Source: Chlorobiota bacterium (GTDB taxonomy: Bacteria > Bacteroidota > Ignavibacteria > Kapaibacteriales > NICIL-2). From it: a stretch of DNA of 64,000 bases. Below, in pieces: positions 39,472 through 51,783 of this stretch (positions within the stretch are counted from its first letter, which is position 1; each line of letters opens with the position of its first letter). The stretch covers positions 12,363 to 76,362 of the forward strand of contig JBGAKH010000012.1 of NCBI GenBank assembly GCA_044224515.1, written 5' to 3'. Made by a program: the position numbers and the translations under genes. Below the pieces are notes generated by a model. That model did no database searches. It was not told the DNA's origin and saw only the letters and a list, made by a program, of their open reading frames with translations.

Positions 39472-42400
39472 TCAAATGGTAGCTTTCTTAGCCGGACGTT
39501 TCAGTGGAATTATCGGTGCCGGCTCTTCGCTGGTGATTTCAGGAAGAATGGCATCGTGTCCAAAGATATTTCCAACCGAGCTCTTCACCAGCATGTCTTG
39601 ATAACGACGCAAACCGGTACCCGCCGGGATGAGCTGGCCGAGAATAATATTCTCCTTCAAGCCGTGCATGTGGTCGATCTTGGCGGAAGCAGATGCATCG
39701 GAGAGAACGCGAGTGGTCTCTTGGAATGAAGCTGCCGAGAGCCACGATTCCGTTGTCAAGGATGCTTGAGTGATACCCAAGAGGAGTGGCTCGGCGATAG
39801 CAGGTTCAGCCTTGCGAGCCTTTGCTGCTTTCTTATCCTTCTTTGCCAACTCATCTGTGACTTCCTTGAGTTTCTTACGAGTGACAACTTCGCCCAGCTT
39901 GAACTTTGAGTCACCCTTATCGGTAATGACAACACAGCTCTTCAGGTGTTCGTTTTCATCGTTGAACAGAATACGATCCACTTGGTCATTCTCGAGGTAG
40001 CGGCTGTCACCACCGTCGGTAATGCGCACTTTTTGCAGCATCTGGCGCACGATAATTTCAATGTGCTTGTCATTGATCTTCACACCCTGCATACGGTACA
40101 CTTCCTGAATTTCATTTGTCAGGTAGCTTTGTACTGCTGCATTACCTTTAATTGCCAAGATGTCGTGCGGGTTAATAGCACCTTCCGTTAAACGCTCGCC
40201 GGCACGTACAAGATCACCGTCTTGCACAAGTATGTAACGACCTGATGGTGCCGAATATTCTTTACGCGTTTGTCCGTCAAGTGAAGTAACGTAGATAGTA
40301 ATAGCACCACGTTTCGGTTTCGGATCCTTTGATATGATACCGTCGATTTCGGCAATTACGGCGGGGTTCTGCGGTGAGCGAGCTTCGAACAACTCGGTAA
40401 CACGCGGAAGACCACCTGTGATGTCACGAGTACGACCCAAGTCACGAGGCATTTTTACGAGCTTACCACCGACGCCGAGAAGTTCGTTCTCGTCGACAAT
40501 AATCTGAGCGCGTGAAGGAATGCTGTACGTTGCAAGTACCGTTCCGTCATCACCGACAACTTCAATAGCCGGGAATTTGGTCTTGTCGCGGGAATCGATA
40601 ACCATCTTTGCGATGTGACCTGTTTGCTCGTCATTCTCTTCGCGATAGGTAACGTTTAGGACAAGATCCTTGTAACGAACACGACCTGCACGCTCAGTAA
40701 TAATAACAGCGTTATAGGGGTCCCACTCATACAACAGATCTCCCTTGTGGATTTCCTTACCGTCGTGAACCTTAAGCACAGCACCGTAGGTTACGTCGTA
40801 GCGGGTGATCACACGTGTTGAATCACGCTCAATAATGTTGATCACACCGGAACGGCTTACTACCACTTCAACATCGTTCTCATCGTCGTCAATGAAGCGA
40901 ACCGTGCGAATGTTTTCGAAGTTGATCAAACCATCTGCCTTGGATTGCACGGTCGACTGCGAAGCAACGAGAGATGCAGTACCACCGGTGTGGAAGGTAC
41001 GAAGCGTAAGCTGTGTACCGGGCTCACCGATAGACTGAGAAGCAATAGTACCAACAGCTTCACCGGTGTCGACAATCTGGCCTGAGGCAAGATTACGTCC
41101 GTAGCACTTAGCACAAACACCGTGACGGGCTTCACACGTAAGCACCGAGCGAATCGTAACCTCTTCGATCGAAGCTGTCTCAATTGCTGCAGCCTTTGCT
41201 TCATCGATCAACTCACCCTTGCGAACGATGACGTTCTTTTGGTTTTCCGGATCGACGACATCATTCAAGGCAACGCGACCGAGTATACGTTCTGCCAAAG
41301 GCTCTTTCACTTCCTCGCCATCCTTCAATGCACGTGTCGGCACACCACGAATGGTACCGCAGTCAGGCATGGTAACGATCATGTCTTGAGCCACATCGTG
41401 CAAACGACGTGTCAAGTATCCTGCGTCAGCTGTTTTCAACGCTGTATCCGCAAGACCCTTACGAGCACCGTGGGTTGAAATGAAGTACTCAAGAATGGAG
41501 AGACCTTCACGGAAGTTCGAAATAATCGGCGTTTCGATCAACTCGCCCGTTGAACCGGTAATGGACTTCTGCGGTTTCGCCATAAGACCACGCATACCGG
41601 CAACCTGACGAATCTGCTCTTTTGAACCCCGCGCCTGTGAATCCAACATCATCCAGAACACGTTAAATCCGTCTTTGGCCTTCTGCAACTCATTGTAGAG
41701 GCGATCAGCCACTTGATTCGTTGCTGTTGACCAGGTATCGATGATCTTGTTGTAACGCTCACCGTTGGAGATAATACCGTTCTCATAGTAGGAACGAATA
41801 CGATCCACTTCCTTTTGAGCCTTGCCTACAATCTCGTCCTTGATCTGGGGAACCACGAGGTCATGGATCGACACAGACAAACCACCACGCATAGCGTAGC
41901 TGAATCCCATGTCCTTCAAGTTGTCAAGGAACTCAACTGTCTTTGCCAAACCTACAGAGCGGAAACAATGTCCGATGATTTGCTTCAAGCGCTTCTTGGC
42001 CAACAACTCATTCAAGAAGCCGATTTCCTTGGGCACGATTTGGTTGAAGATGATACGTCCGGTTGATGTCTCGATCATACTGCCATTGATACGCACTTTG
42101 ATTTTAGCGTGCAGATCAAGCTTGCCATTATTGTGGGCGATCAATACTTCGCTCGCTGAGGAGAAGACTTTGCCTTCGCCAAGAGCGCTCGGACGAATCT
42201 TGGTCAAATAATATGCACCCAAGACCATGTCTTGAGAAGGTACCGCTACCGGCTCACCATTCTGGGTGTGCACGATATTGTGCGGCGCGAGCATGAGCAA
42301 CAATGCCTCAAGCTGAGCTTCGTGACTAAGAGGAACGTGAACAGCCATCTGGTCACCGTCAAAGTCCGCGTTAAACGCCGTTGTTACCAGAGGGTGCAGC

Positions 42401-43770
42401 TGAATAGCCTTACCTTCAATCAAGCGAGGCTGGAAGGCCTGAATACCCAAGCGGTGCAGTGTAGGAGCACGGTTGAGAAGGATTGGGTGACCGTCGATCA
42501 CCTTTTCCAAAATGTCCCACACTTCGTTGGTTTTGCGTTCAACCATCTTCTTGGCGCTCTTCACTGTCTTCACGTGTCCGCGCTCAATGAGCTTGCGAAT
42601 AATGAAGGGCTTAAAGAGCTCAACAGCCATGTCCTTCGGCAGACCGCAATCGCTGATGCGCAATTCCGGACCAACCACAATAACGGAACGACCCGAGTAG
42701 TCTACGCGCTTACCAAGCAAATTCTGACGGAAGCGACCGGTCTTTCCTTTGAGGGTGTCGGAGAGTGACTTCAAAGCACGTTGTGACTCCGAACGCACGG
42801 CGCGACGTGAGTTGTCGAACAAGGCGTCGACAGCTTCCTGAAGCATACGCTTTTCGTTGCGCAAAATCACTTCCGGTGCTTTGATGTCGATGAGGCGCTT
42901 GAGACGATTGTTACGGATGATCACGCGACGATACAAGTCATTCAAGTCAGATGTCGCGAAACGTCCGCCTTCCAAAGGCACGAGAGGACGCAAATCCGGC
43001 GGGATAACCGGGATGACGTCGAGCACCATCCACTCAGACTTATTCGGGCTGCGTCCATCGTTGGGTGAGCGGAACATGTCAAGAATACGCAGACGCTTGA
43101 GCAAATCAGCTTTACGCTGTTGCGATGTTTCATCGGCGAGCAATTGCTTCAGGCGCGGATACTCTTCATCTGCATCGGTTCGACGCAACAATTCCTTCAC
43201 AGCTTCACCACCGATGAGAGCAATGAACTTGTTTGGATCCTCGTCATCGAGTTCGCGCTCTGCCTTCGGCAGAGACGCTAGCACATCCAAGTATTGTTCT
43301 TCTGTCAACAAATCTTTGAATTGCAGACCCGTTGAGCCCGGTTGAATAACCACGTATGATTCATAATACACGATACGTTCTGCGTCCTTGGTAGGAATAC
43401 CAATCACACCACCGATTTTACTCGGCAGGGAACGCAAGAACCAAATGTGTACAACCGGAACCGCCAGCATGATATGTCCCATGCGTTCGCGGCGAACCGA
43501 TTTCTGCGTGACTTCCACTCCGCAGCGGTCGCACACAATTCCTTTGTAACGAATTCTCTTATACTTGCCGCAGGCGCATTCCCAATCGCGGATCGGACCA
43601 AAGATCTTTTCACAGAAAAGACCGTCTTTCTCCGGACGGAAGGAACGATAGTTAATCGTTTCCGGCTTCGTGACTTCACCATGTGAACGATTCAGGATAT
43701 CGTCTGGTGACGAAATGCGAACCTGAATCTGACGAAATCCACGGCGCGGTATGCTTAAAGATTGCATCAT
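39472..43770 (-). CDS. rpoC: RNA polymerase beta' subunit
   Basis: [11 protein letters not shown], CxC...CDRC zinc site, NADFDGD catalytic motif, [17 protein letters not shown]. Confidence 0.99.
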   Translation of the reverse strand: MMQSLSIPRRGFRQIQVRISSPDDILNRSHGEVTKPETINYRSFRPEKDGLFCEKIFGPIRDWECACGKYKRIRYKGIVCDRCGVEVTQKSVRRERMGHIMLAVPVVHIWFLRSLPSKIGGVIGIPTKDAERIVYYESYVVIQPGSTGLQFKDLLTEEQYLDVLASLPKAERELDDEDPNKFIALIGGEAVKELLRRTDADEEYPRLKQLLADETSQQRKADLLKRLRILDMFRSPNDGRSPNKSEWMVLDVIPVIPPDLRPLVPLEGGRFATSDLNDLYRRVIIRNNRLKRLIDIKAPEVILRNEKRMLQEAVDALFDNSRRAVRSESQRALKSLSDTLKGKTGRFRQNLLGKRVDYSGRSVIVVGPELRISDCGLPKDMAVELFKPFIIRKLIERGHVKTVKSAKKMVERKTNEVWDILEKVIDGHPILLNRAPTLHRLGIQAFQPRLIEGKAIQLHPLVTTAFNADFDGDQMAVHVPLSHEAQLEALLLMLAPHNIVHTQNGEPVAVPSQDMVLGAYYLTKIRPSALGEGKVFSSASEVLIAHNNGKLDLHAKIKVRINGSMIETSTGRIIFNQIVPKEIGFLNELLAKKRLKQIIGHCFRSVGLAKTVEFLDNLKDMGFSYAMRGGLSVSIHDLVVPQIKDEIVGKAQKEVDRIRSYYENGIISNGERYNKIIDTWSTATNQVADRLYNELQKAKDGFNVFWMMLDSQARGSKEQIRQVAGMRGLMAKPQKSITGSTGELIETPIISNFREGLSILEYFISTHGARKGLADTALKTADAGYLTRRLHDVAQDMIVTMPDCGTIRGVPTRALKDGEEVKEPLAERILGRVALNDVVDPENQKNVIVRKGELIDEAKAAAIETASIEEVTIRSVLTCEARHGVCAKCYGRNLASGQIVDTGEAVGTIASQSIGEPGTQLTLRTFHTGGTASLVASQSTVQSKADGLINFENIRTVRFIDDDENDVEVVVSRSGVINIIERDSTRVITRYDVTYGAVLKVHDGKEIHKGDLLYEWDPYNAVIITERAGRVRYKDLVLNVTYREENDEQTGHIAKMVIDSRDKTKFPAIEVVGDDGTVLATYSIPSRAQIIVDENELLGVGGKLVKMPRDLGRTRDITGGLPRVTELFEARSPQNPAVIAEIDGIISKDPKPKRGAITIYVTSLDGQTRKEYSAPSGRYILVQDGDLVRAGERLTEGAINPHDILAIKGNAAVQSYLTNEIQEVYRMQGVKINDKHIEIIVRQMLQKVRITDGGDSRYLENDQVDRILFNDENEHLKSCVVITDKGDSKFKLGEVVTRKKLKEVTDELAKKDKKAAKARKAEPAIAEPLLLGITQASLTTESWLSAASFQETTRVLSDASASAKIDHMHGLKENIILGQLIPAGTGLRRYQDMLVKSSVGNIFGHDAILPEITSEEPAPIIPLKRPAKKATI

Positions 43771-43902
43771 AATGTTGTTTCTCCTGTTTGGGAGTCTGTT
43801 TGTATTTCAGTTTTGTAAACCCGTCGGTGGCTGAGGTCCTGCCTCTATCGACCTTCTGCCTTTAGGCTCAAGGTCGGGAATGCTTTACGCAGTGAAGCTG
43901 AC

Positions 43903-46900
43903 TTAGTCGATCTTCACGTCCAAACACAAGCCTTGAAGCTCGCGTACCAAGACGTTGAACGACTCAGGGATGTTCGGGTTCGGCATGTTCTCACCCTTCA
44001 CGATGCTTTCGTACATTTTAGCACGACCCTGAACGTCGTCCGACTTCACGGTAATCATTTCCTGCAGAGTGGATGCGGCACCGTATGCTTCCAGTGCCCA
44101 CACTTCCATCTCTCCCAAACGCTGACCACCGAATTGCGCCTTACCACCCAACGGCTGTTGGGTAATGAGCGAGTACGGTCCAATGGAACGAGCGTGGATC
44201 TTGTCTTCCACCAAGTGAGACAGTTTGAGCATGTAGATCACACCAACCGTTACTTCGTGATGGAATGCATCACCGGTACGTCCGTCATAGAGGACAGTTT
44301 TACCGGTGTTCGGGAGACCTGCCTTGTCGAGATACTCGGACACTTCTGCCCAAGAAGCACCGTCGAAAATCGGTGTCGCAAAGTGCACACCCAGCTTCTT
44401 GGCAGCCCAACCCAAAGCGGTTTCGTAAAGCTGACCGAGATTCATACGAGAAGGTACGCCTAGCGGATTGAGAATGATATCAACCGGTGTTCCATCCGGC
44501 AAGAAGGGCATGTCTTCGACGTTTACGATCTTGGATACGATACCCTTGTTACCGTGTCGACCTGCCATCTTGTCACCAACCTGCAGCTTGCGCTTCTTAG
44601 CGATATACACCTTAGCCATCTGCAGGATACCCGGTTGCAATTCGTCGCCTTGTGCAATCTTATTACGATCAACTCGAGCTTGACTTTGGATCTCAGAGCG
44701 ACGCTTGAGATAGTTCTCAAGCAATGACGTGGTCATCTTCATAGCCTTCTTGTCAGCAACCCAAGGATGCTCGGTTGTGAGCAGCTCGGGAACCAAATCA
44801 CCCTTGTCATACTTCTCGCGAAGATTGGCAGCCGTAATCTTGGAACCACTGGAGTAAATACGCTTGTCATCGCTGGAGCGAACACCCATGCTGGTCTCAC
44901 CGTCAAGGATACGTCCAAGACGTTCAATGAAGTCTCCATCCAAATCGCGAAGCTGATTTGCTTCACGACGATTGATAGCTTCTTGACGCTTCTTCTCTTC
45001 AGCGCGGAACTCAGTATCCGTTGTTACCATGCGGCGCGCGAAGACCTTCGTATTGATGACCACACCACCGAGACCCGGAGGTGCCTTCAACGATACGTCC
45101 TTCACGTCTCCTGCCTTGTCACCAAAGATTGCGCGCAAGAGCTTTTCTTCCGGCGTCGGATCTGATTCTCCCTTGGGAGTGATCTTACCGATAAGAATGT
45201 CACCTTCTTTAATCTTGGTTCCGATGTTGACGATACCGCCTTCATCCAGATCCTTTGTGGCGTCATCGCTCACGTTGGGGATTTCACGTGTAAACTCTTC
45301 TTCTCCGCGCTTAGTATCGCGCACTTGAAGAGTGTATTCTTCAATGTGAATGGAAGTAAAGACATCGCGTGCAACCAAACGCTCGCTGATAATGATAGCA
45401 TCCTCAAAGTTGTAACCGCGCCAGGGCATGAATGCCACCAGCACGTTACGACCCAAGGCCAATTCACCCATCTCTGTCGATGCACCGTCAGCCAACGGCA
45501 TACCCTTCGTCACGCGTTGACCACGCTTAACAATAGGTCGCTGGTTGATACAGGTATCTTGATTGGTGCGGTAGTACTTGAGCAACGGATAGGTGATCAT
45601 GTTGTCACCACCAAAAGATGTCAGTCGCTCATCCTCCGTACGCTCGTCATCATAACGAACCCGGATAAAGTCTGCGCAAACGTAATCGACAACACCTTCA
45701 TCCTCGGCTAGGAGCATAGCGCGTGCATCACGAGCAACGCGCGATTCCATGCCGGTACCGACAAAGGGTGCTTCAGGACGCAACAGAGGCACGCCCTGAC
45801 GTTGCATGTTTGAACCCATCAATGCACGGTTAGCGTCATCGTGCTCAAGGAATGGAATCAATGAAGCAGCCGGTGATGTGATTTGGTCTGTGGTCATGTC
45901 CACATAGTCGATCTCATGCGGCTCTACCATGACGTAGTCACCGCTCTGACGAGCGCGGACGCGACTTTCAACGAAGTTGCCATCTTTGTCGATGCGTGTG
46001 GATGCCGGCGCGATAATCTTGCCGTCTTCACGTTCAGCCGGAATGAACTCGATATCCTTTGTCACTTTGCCCTTTACAACCTTGCGATACGGCGTCTCAA
46101 TAAAGCCGAAGGAATTGATGCGGGCATGCATAGCAAGTGATGAAATAAGACCGATGTTCGGACCTTCAGGAGTTTCGATGGGACAGAGGCGACCGTAGTG
46201 TGTGTAGTGAACGTCACGCACCTCAAAGCCTGCGCGCTCACGGGTAAGACCTCCCGGTCCAAGGGCGGACGTACGACGCTTCATCGTGATCTCGCTCAAT
46301 GGATTCGTTTGGTCCATGAACTGCGATAGCTGGTTGGTACCAAAGAATTGGTTCACAACTGAGGTAATGGTACGAGCGTTGACCAACTCGGCGGGTGTTA
46401 TACTCTCACCGTCGTGGATCGACAGACGCTCTTTAATTGTACGCGCCATACGAGTGAGACCGGTGTTGAACTGAGTGGTCATCTGTTCACCAACGGTACG
46501 CACACGGCGATTACCCAAGTGATCGATGTCGTCGACAGGTTTCTTCATGTCGCGCAAATCGATGAGGTAGCGGATAATCTCAACGATATCCTCTTTGGTC
46601 AAGGTGGTCGTGCGATTCTCTTGCGTCAACTTGAGCTTATCGTTAATACGGTAGCGTCCAACGACTCCCAAATCATAGCGCTTCTCATCGAAGAAGAGCT
46701 TGTGGATGAGACCATATGCGGTATCCATATCAGGCGGCTCTGAGGAGCGCATTTGACGATAGATAGCTTCAAGAGCATCTTCGCGGTTGCGTGAGCTATC
46801 CTTTGCAATGGTCTTGGAAATGATCGGCTCGTCGCTCGCTTGCGTATACTTATAGAGCTCGATTTCTTCAATGCCCGATGCCTTCAACACGGCAAACAAA

Positions 46901-47742
46901 GGCTCATCGATGATCTGCTCACGAGTAGCAACGATTTCACCGGTATTCATATCGATGATATCTGCAGCGATCTTGCGACCAATCAACTCTTGGGTAATCT
47001 TCTTGCGCGGCATCTTGACCGTCAAATCAAAGAGATTCAAAATCTCTTCGTCGGTCGAATAACCCAAGGCACGCAACAATGTGGTTACAGGGAACTTCTT
47101 CTTACGATCGATATAGGCATACATCACATCGTGAATGTCGGTCGTAAACTCGACCCACGAACCCTTAAAGGGGATGATACGTGCCGAGTAAATCTTTGTG
47201 CCATTGGGGTGCAATGCTTCATCGAAGAACACGCCCGGTGAACGGTGAAGCTGAGATACGATAACACGTTCGGCACCGTTGATAATGAAGGTTCCGCGCG
47301 GTGTCATTGCCGGAACGTTACCGAGATACACTTCTTGCTCTACGGCTTCGATATAATCTTCCGAGCTTTTGTCAGCCTTGGAAGACAAGCGAAGCTTTGC
47401 CTTCAACGTCTTGGCAAAGGTGAGCTCACGCTCACGACATTCTTCTTCCGTGTACTTGGGCTTCTCAATGATGTACTCGAGAAACTCAAGTTGGAACAAT
47501 TCGGATTGATCCAAAATCGGGAAGTTGGTAAGGAAGGCACCTTGCAATCCCTTGTTCAAGCGATCCTGCGACGCATTGTCTTCCTGCAGGAAATCGTTGT
47601 AGGACTGGATTTGTACGCCAAGCAAGTCAACGTATGATCCTTCCTCCGGTACTTTGGCAAAGGAAATACGATTGCGCAGGTGGACAATACCACCATCGTC
47701 ATGCGATACAATCGATTCGCCTTTTCGATGCGTTTTAGCCAT
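43903..47742 (-). CDS. rpoB: RNA polymerase beta subunit
   Basis: SQLHRSPG, HYGRLCPIETPEGPNIGL, GDKMAGRHGNKG, GQRLGEMEVWALEAYG; start taken at MAKTH (47742) with GAGGT SD. Confidence 0.99.
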   Translation of the reverse strand: MAKTHRKGESIVSHDDGGIVHLRNRISFAKVPEEGSYVDLLGVQIQSYNDFLQEDNASQDRLNKGLQGAFLTNFPILDQSELFQLEFLEYIIEKPKYTEEECRERELTFAKTLKAKLRLSSKADKSSEDYIEAVEQEVYLGNVPAMTPRGTFIINGAERVIVSQLHRSPGVFFDEALHPNGTKIYSARIIPFKGSWVEFTTDIHDVMYAYIDRKKKFPVTTLLRALGYSTDEEILNLFDLTVKMPRKKITQELIGRKIAADIIDMNTGEIVATREQIIDEPLFAVLKASGIEEIELYKYTQASDEPIISKTIAKDSSRNREDALEAIYRQMRSSEPPDMDTAYGLIHKLFFDEKRYDLGVVGRYRINDKLKLTQENRTTTLTKEDIVEIIRYLIDLRDMKKPVDDIDHLGNRRVRTVGEQMTTQFNTGLTRMARTIKERLSIHDGESITPAELVNARTITSVVNQFFGTNQLSQFMDQTNPLSEITMKRRTSALGPGGLTRERAGFEVRDVHYTHYGRLCPIETPEGPNIGLISSLAMHARINSFGFIETPYRKVVKGKVTKDIEFIPAEREDGKIIAPASTRIDKDGNFVESRVRARQSGDYVMVEPHEIDYVDMTTDQITSPAASLIPFLEHDDANRALMGSNMQRQGVPLLRPEAPFVGTGMESRVARDARAMLLAEDEGVVDYVCADFIRVRYDDERTEDERLTSFGGDNMITYPLLKYYRTNQDTCINQRPIVKRGQRVTKGMPLADGASTEMGELALGRNVLVAFMPWRGYNFEDAIIISERLVARDVFTSIHIEEYTLQVRDTKRGEEEFTREIPNVSDDATKDLDEGGIVNIGTKIKEGDILIGKITPKGESDPTPEEKLLRAIFGDKAGDVKDVSLKAPPGLGGVVINTKVFARRMVTTDTEFRAEEKKRQEAINRREANQLRDLDGDFIERLGRILDGETSMGVRSSDDKRIYSSGSKITAANLREKYDKGDLVPELLTTEHPWVADKKAMKMTTSLLENYLKRRSEIQSQARVDRNKIAQGDELQPGILQMAKVYIAKKRKLQVGDKMAGRHGNKGIVSKIVNVEDMPFLPDGTPVDIILNPLGVPSRMNLGQLYETALGWAAKKLGVHFATPIFDGASWAEVSEYLDKAGLPNTGKTVLYDGRTGDAFHHEVTVGVIYMLKLSHLVEDKIHARSIGPYSLITQQPLGGKAQFGGQRLGEMEVWALEAYGAASTLQEMITVKSDDVQGRAKMYESIVKGENMPNPNIPESFNVLVRELQGLCLDVKID

Positions 47743-48361
47743 TAGAAAATACCTCGATGTAAGTGATAATGTTTGTCGTTCTATTCTAAGTTCTGTCTTC
47801 GTGTCGAATTCTATTCTAAGCCTCTGCTTAGATTCTCGCATCGACACAGTGGAATCACGTTCTATACCTCTGCAACACTACTACGCTGAACATCCGCAGC
47901 ACTAACGATAGCTTGTTGTATCTGCTCTGCCCAGCTACGATTACTCTGAATTGTTCCTGACCATACATGATTCTTTTTTCGTATGTGTCTTGAGTCAGTA
48001 TTTATAACTGCGTGTATGACACCTACGAAAAAACATCAGGTTGTGGAAGGCTTCAAAGTATCGAGCAGGTCCAAAAACGAAAAAAGGACTCAACGGCGCC
48101 GATCGCAGCCGAAAAATCCTTGGGTTCACTCGTACTCTACACAAAACAGATAATGCACCACGAGGGTGCTGCGATCAACAGGAGTCTCGGAGCCATACAG
48201 CTGTATGACTCCGAGCTCGATGTTGCAAGAAGACGATTGCGATGCGGCGTCTTGGCACGCATTGCGTAGCATCTTCCATAAGTTATTGACGATAACAAGC
48301 GATAGAAAACCAACACCTGCTATCCGGAGATCGAATAAAGAAAAAATGCCCGCGGCAGAGA

Positions 48362-48742
48362 TTACTTGAGGGTAACCTTTGCGCCTGCTTCTTCGAGCTT
48401 CTTCTTGAGAGCTTCTGCATCTTCCTTTGTTGCGCCTTCCTTGATGACCTTCGGTGCGCCTTCAACCATATCCTTAGCTTCCTTCAAGCCAAGACCGGTT
48501 ACTTCGCGTACAACCTTGATCACGTTGAGCTTTTGTGCGCCACCGTCGGTGAGCTCAACATCAAATTCGGTCTTCTCTTCAACCGGTGCTGCAGCTGCAG
48601 CTGCACCCGGCATAGCACCCATCATCATCGGTGCTGCTGCTGTCACGCCAAACTTGTCTTCCAAAGCCTTCTTGAGTTCAGATGCTTCACCAAGTGTAAG
48701 CGCGCTGATCTTCTCTACCAATTCTTCAATATTTGCTGCCAT
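48362..48742 (-). CDS. rplL: 50S ribosomal protein L7/L12
   Basis: [10 protein letters not shown]...[19 protein letters not shown]; start MAANI (48742). Confidence 0.98.
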   Translation of the reverse strand: MAANIEELVEKISALTLGEASELKKALEDKFGVTAAAPMMMGAMPGAAAAAAPVEEKTEFDVELTDGGAQKLNVIKVVREVTGLGLKEAKDMVEGAPKVIKEGATKEDAEALKKKLEEAGAKVTLK

Positions 48743-48835
48743 GAGATACTCCAAAAAAAATGTTAGTGTTCAAATAGAGACTGACTTGTTGTTATGCCGT
48801 CGCTTTGCGCCGGCGTACTCTCGCGTGTGACGAGA

Positions 48836-49363
48836 TTATGCCGCTTGCTTGCGAGCAACTTCTTCAATAACTGAAGAGAGGTCGCGCATAACAGCATTGA
48901 TGGAGCCGACGATACCGGAGATCGGTGCGTCGATGCTGCCAAGAATACCCGCGATGATTTCTTCGCGAGTCGGGAAATCGGCAATGGTCTTGAGCTGTGA
49001 ACCATCGTACACAACGTTTTCGACCACGGCAACTTTCAAGCGGGGCTTTTCAGATTTCGCTGAAAAGTCACGCAGAATCTTTGCCGGTGAGATGGGGTCT
49101 TTTTCCGTAGCGAAGATAACGGCGGTCTGGCCGAACAACTGCTTAGCAGTGATCTCCGGTCCACCGGTTTCTTTCAAAGCGCGGAGAATAAACGTGTTCT
49201 TTGCAACACGATATTGAATTCCCTTTGCCTTGAGTTCCTTACGAAGAGCCCAATCTTGGTCGACCGTCATGTGCGCAAAGTCTACGAAGTACAGTGCTGA
49301 CGCACCGCGCATCTTTTCGCCCAATTCAGCCACTACCTCTTTTTTCTGCTCTTTGGATACCAT
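48836..49363 (-). CDS. rplJ: 50S ribosomal protein L10
   Basis: YRVAKNT, GQTA, FPTREE; canonical position between rplA and rplL. Confidence 0.97.
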   Translation of the reverse strand: MVSKEQKKEVVAELGEKMRGASALYFVDFAHMTVDQDWALRKELKAKGIQYRVAKNTFILRALKETGGPEITAKQLFGQTAVIFATEKDPISPAKILRDFSAKSEKPRLKVAVVENVVYDGSQLKTIADFPTREEIIAGILGSIDAPISGIVGSINAVMRDLSSVIEEVARKQAA

Positions 49364-49535
49364 AAAATACCTTTAAGTAATCTGCTTGGACATCAAGCCG
49401 GTAGAAGCCCGCTTGAGAAGCGATGTCCGTACAGGATCGCGTAATAGCCAATAGTTAATTAGTACTGTACTGCAATTGCGTAGGTTAAAGAAGTTGTAGA
49501 GCCGGGCTCCACAATCAATCTTAGCCTTCCGTCTT
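49364..49535 (-). ncRNA. Candidate L10(L12)4-binding leader RNA
   Basis: Minus strand AAGACGGAAGG ... 9-bp hairpin TTGTGGAGC/GCTCTACAA ... TTAA-CCTACGCA, in the order expected for L10 leaders; pairing imperfect, judged by eye only. Confidence 0.3.
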
Positions 49536-50231
49536 CATACCCAGTGATGCCTCGGCAACTTTCACGCTCGGACCCATGGTTGAGGAGAAATACATGCTCT
49601 TGATGTACTTGCCCTTTGCCGTTGCCGGCTTTGCGCGCACGATGCTCTGGAAGAAACTCTGGACGTTCTCAGCGAGTTGTGCTTCGTTGAATGAGCACTT
49701 ACCTACCGCTGCCTGAACATTTCCTGCCTTGTCAACACGGTATTCAATCTTACCGGCCTTGACTTCTTTTACAGCCTTTGCCACGTCGAACGTTACGGTA
49801 CCGGATTTCGGGTTCGGCATGAGACCACGCGGACCGAGTACACGACCGAGCTTTCCAAGCTCACCCATGACATCCGGTGTTGCGATGATCACATCAATTT
49901 CTGCCCAACCTGCCTGGATCTTCTCGAGATACTCGGTAAAGCCGGCATGATCTGCGCCTGCTTCCAAAGCTTCTTTGTCTTTCGGAGCCTTTGCTACAAC
50001 CAACACGCGTACAGTCTTACCGGTACCATGCGGAAGAGATACGGTTCCACGAACCAATTGATCTGCTTTGCGAGGGTCTACTCCAAGGCGGAGGGAAACT
50101 TCGAACGACTCGTCGAATTTTGCCTTGGCTGTTTCTTTGATAGCAGCAATCGCTGCTTTGTAATCGTACTCTTTTTTGGCATCGATCTTCTTGATCGCCG
50201 CGCGATAGCGCTTACCGTGTGCTTCAGACAT
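49521..50231 (-). CDS. rplA: 50S ribosomal protein L1
   Basis: [40 protein letters not shown]; start MSEAH (50231) with SD GGAGG. Confidence 0.98.
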   Translation of the reverse strand: MSEAHGKRYRAAIKKIDAKKEYDYKAAIAAIKETAKAKFDESFEVSLRLGVDPRKADQLVRGTVSLPHGTGKTVRVLVVAKAPKDKEALEAGADHAGFTEYLEKIQAGWAEIDVIIATPDVMGELGKLGRVLGPRGLMPNPKSGTVTFDVAKAVKEVKAGKIEYRVDKAGNVQAAVGKCSFNEAQLAENVQSFFQSIVRAKPATAKGKYIKSMYFSSTMGPSVKVAEASLGMKTEG

Positions 50232-50598
50232 AATGTCCTCCTGTGCTCCAAACGACGTTGGCATGTCTGTGTCTTTCAACACCTCCTCATCCGCGGTCTC
50301 ACACTTTAGTGAATAAAAAAATTGTCAAACTGCAAGTACTTCTCGTCTTAAGCCTGTCACGTACAACGCCGGTATCTCATTTGATCAACCGATCTGTTTA
50401 CTCGTCGAATCGGATCGTGCAAAAGCTTCAGCTCTCACTCCGACTCAGCCTGAGAATGTCGTGACTGCGTTTCTCCTTACGCCGGCTTCTAAAACATCAC
50501 GCGTTGAGCGTGAGTGTTCTCGTGAGCGCGCATGGTTTGCCTAAAGCGGAGCGAACGTGAGGAAGCTTTAGAACCGATCCCTCAAGTCCGGACCATGC

Positions 50599-50645
50599 GA
50601 GAGAAACAGCAAACGCAACGGAGACAAGGTCGCCGTTGCGTTCGC
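50599..50645 (-). terminator. Candidate terminator directly after rplK
   Basis: Minus strand GCGAACGCAACGG...CCGTTGCGTTTGC 13-bp stem followed by TGTTTCTCTC. Confidence 0.5.
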
Positions 50646-50660
50646 AATCATTGCATCGTA

Positions 50661-51089
50661 TTAGAGTCCTTCGACTTGCAAGCCCATGCTGCGAGCAGAA
50701 CCTGCGATCATCGAAACAGCAGAATCCATGCTATCACAGTTGAGATCTGCCATCTTGATCTTGGCGATTTCTTCAAGCTGCGCACGCTTCACGGTACCAA
50801 CCTTGTTACGGTTCGGTTGACCCGATCCTTTTTCAATTCCAACAGCCTTAGCAAGCAGAACTGCTGCCGGCGGTGACTTTACCACGAAGGTAAAGGTCTT
50901 GTCGGAAAAGAAGGTGATCTGAGCAGGAACGATCATTCCTTGCTGCTTTGCTGTACGTGCGTTGAATTGCTTGACGAATTCAGAACCGTTCAAACCACGT
51001 TGACCAAATGCAGGACCTACCGGCGGAGCCATTGTAGCTTCTCCAGCCTTCAGCTGCAACTTGAACGATCCCATTACCTTTTTAGCCAT
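50661..51089 (-). CDS. rplK: 50S ribosomal protein L11
   Basis: [30 protein letters not shown]. Confidence 0.98.
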   Translation of the reverse strand: MAKKVMGSFKLQLKAGEATMAPPVGPAFGQRGLNGSEFVKQFNARTAKQQGMIVPAQITFFSDKTFTFVVKSPPAAVLLAKAVGIEKGSGQPNRNKVGTVKRAQLEEIAKIKMADLNCDSMDSAVSMIAGSARSMGLQVEGL

Positions 51090-51214
51090 TGCGAACTCAC
51101 TTCAATAAATAAGAAAATGTTCTGTGCTGTGTGTGTTGTTTGGAATCTCAGCCTGTGCTTTTACTCATGTGCATCTGATGAACAGACAGTAGCATGAGGC
51201 CCAAGGAGTTTCTC

Positions 51215-51781
51215 TTACTGCGGACGCTCAATCTCCACCTGATCAAAATCCAATTCGACCGGCGTACGACGTCCAAGAATACCAACTTCCACTTTCAGCT
51301 TCTGCTTTTCATTGTTGACCTCTTTTACCAAACCGCTAAAGTTTGAAAAGGGACCTTCAATGACTTTGATCGGATCACCGATCTGAAAGGCATGCTCGAT
51401 TGTAGCAACGTCCTTTCGTTCTTCAACTCGACCTAAAATGCGAGCTACTTCATCGGGCTGCAGGGCCTGCGGCTCTGACTTCGCATTTGCAGCCAAGAAA
51501 CTCACAACACCCTGGATACTTGTGATGATGTCGTGCACCTTTTTGTCGAGGGCCACTTCAATCATAATGTATCCGGGCAAGAAGTTCTTGACGCGCTGAC
51601 GTCGCTTGCCGTTGCGCACCTCAAACACCGTTTCCTGAGGAATGACGATGCTGAGAATCTTGCCTTCCAAATACGGCAGACGTTTGATTTCAGACTCCAA
51701 CGCCGACTTCACCTTGGCTTCATGCCCGGTGTAGGTACGCAATGCGTACCACTTCGGTGTATGTTGTTGCGCTGCTTCCAT
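51215..51781 (-). CDS. nusG: Transcription termination/antitermination factor NusG
   Basis: WYALRTYTGHE, FLPGYI, KOW motif IGDPIKVIEGPFSNF.G. Confidence 0.97.
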   Translation of the reverse strand: MEAAQQHTPKWYALRTYTGHEAKVKSALESEIKRLPYLEGKILSIVIPQETVFEVRNGKRRQRVKNFLPGYIMIEVALDKKVHDIITSIQGVVSFLAANAKSEPQALQPDEVARILGRVEERKDVATIEHAFQIGDPIKVIEGPFSNFSGLVKEVNNEKQKLKVEVGILGRRTPVELDFDQVEIERPQ

Positions 51782-51783
51782 CT

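Noticed and set aside
39472-47742. Inteins, introns or frameshifts in rpoB/rpoC (also checked uvrD)
   Set aside because: Frames are continuous with expected lengths; no C/S...HN intein ends or LAGLIDADG motifs seen. Extra segments look like ordinary lineage-specific insertions.
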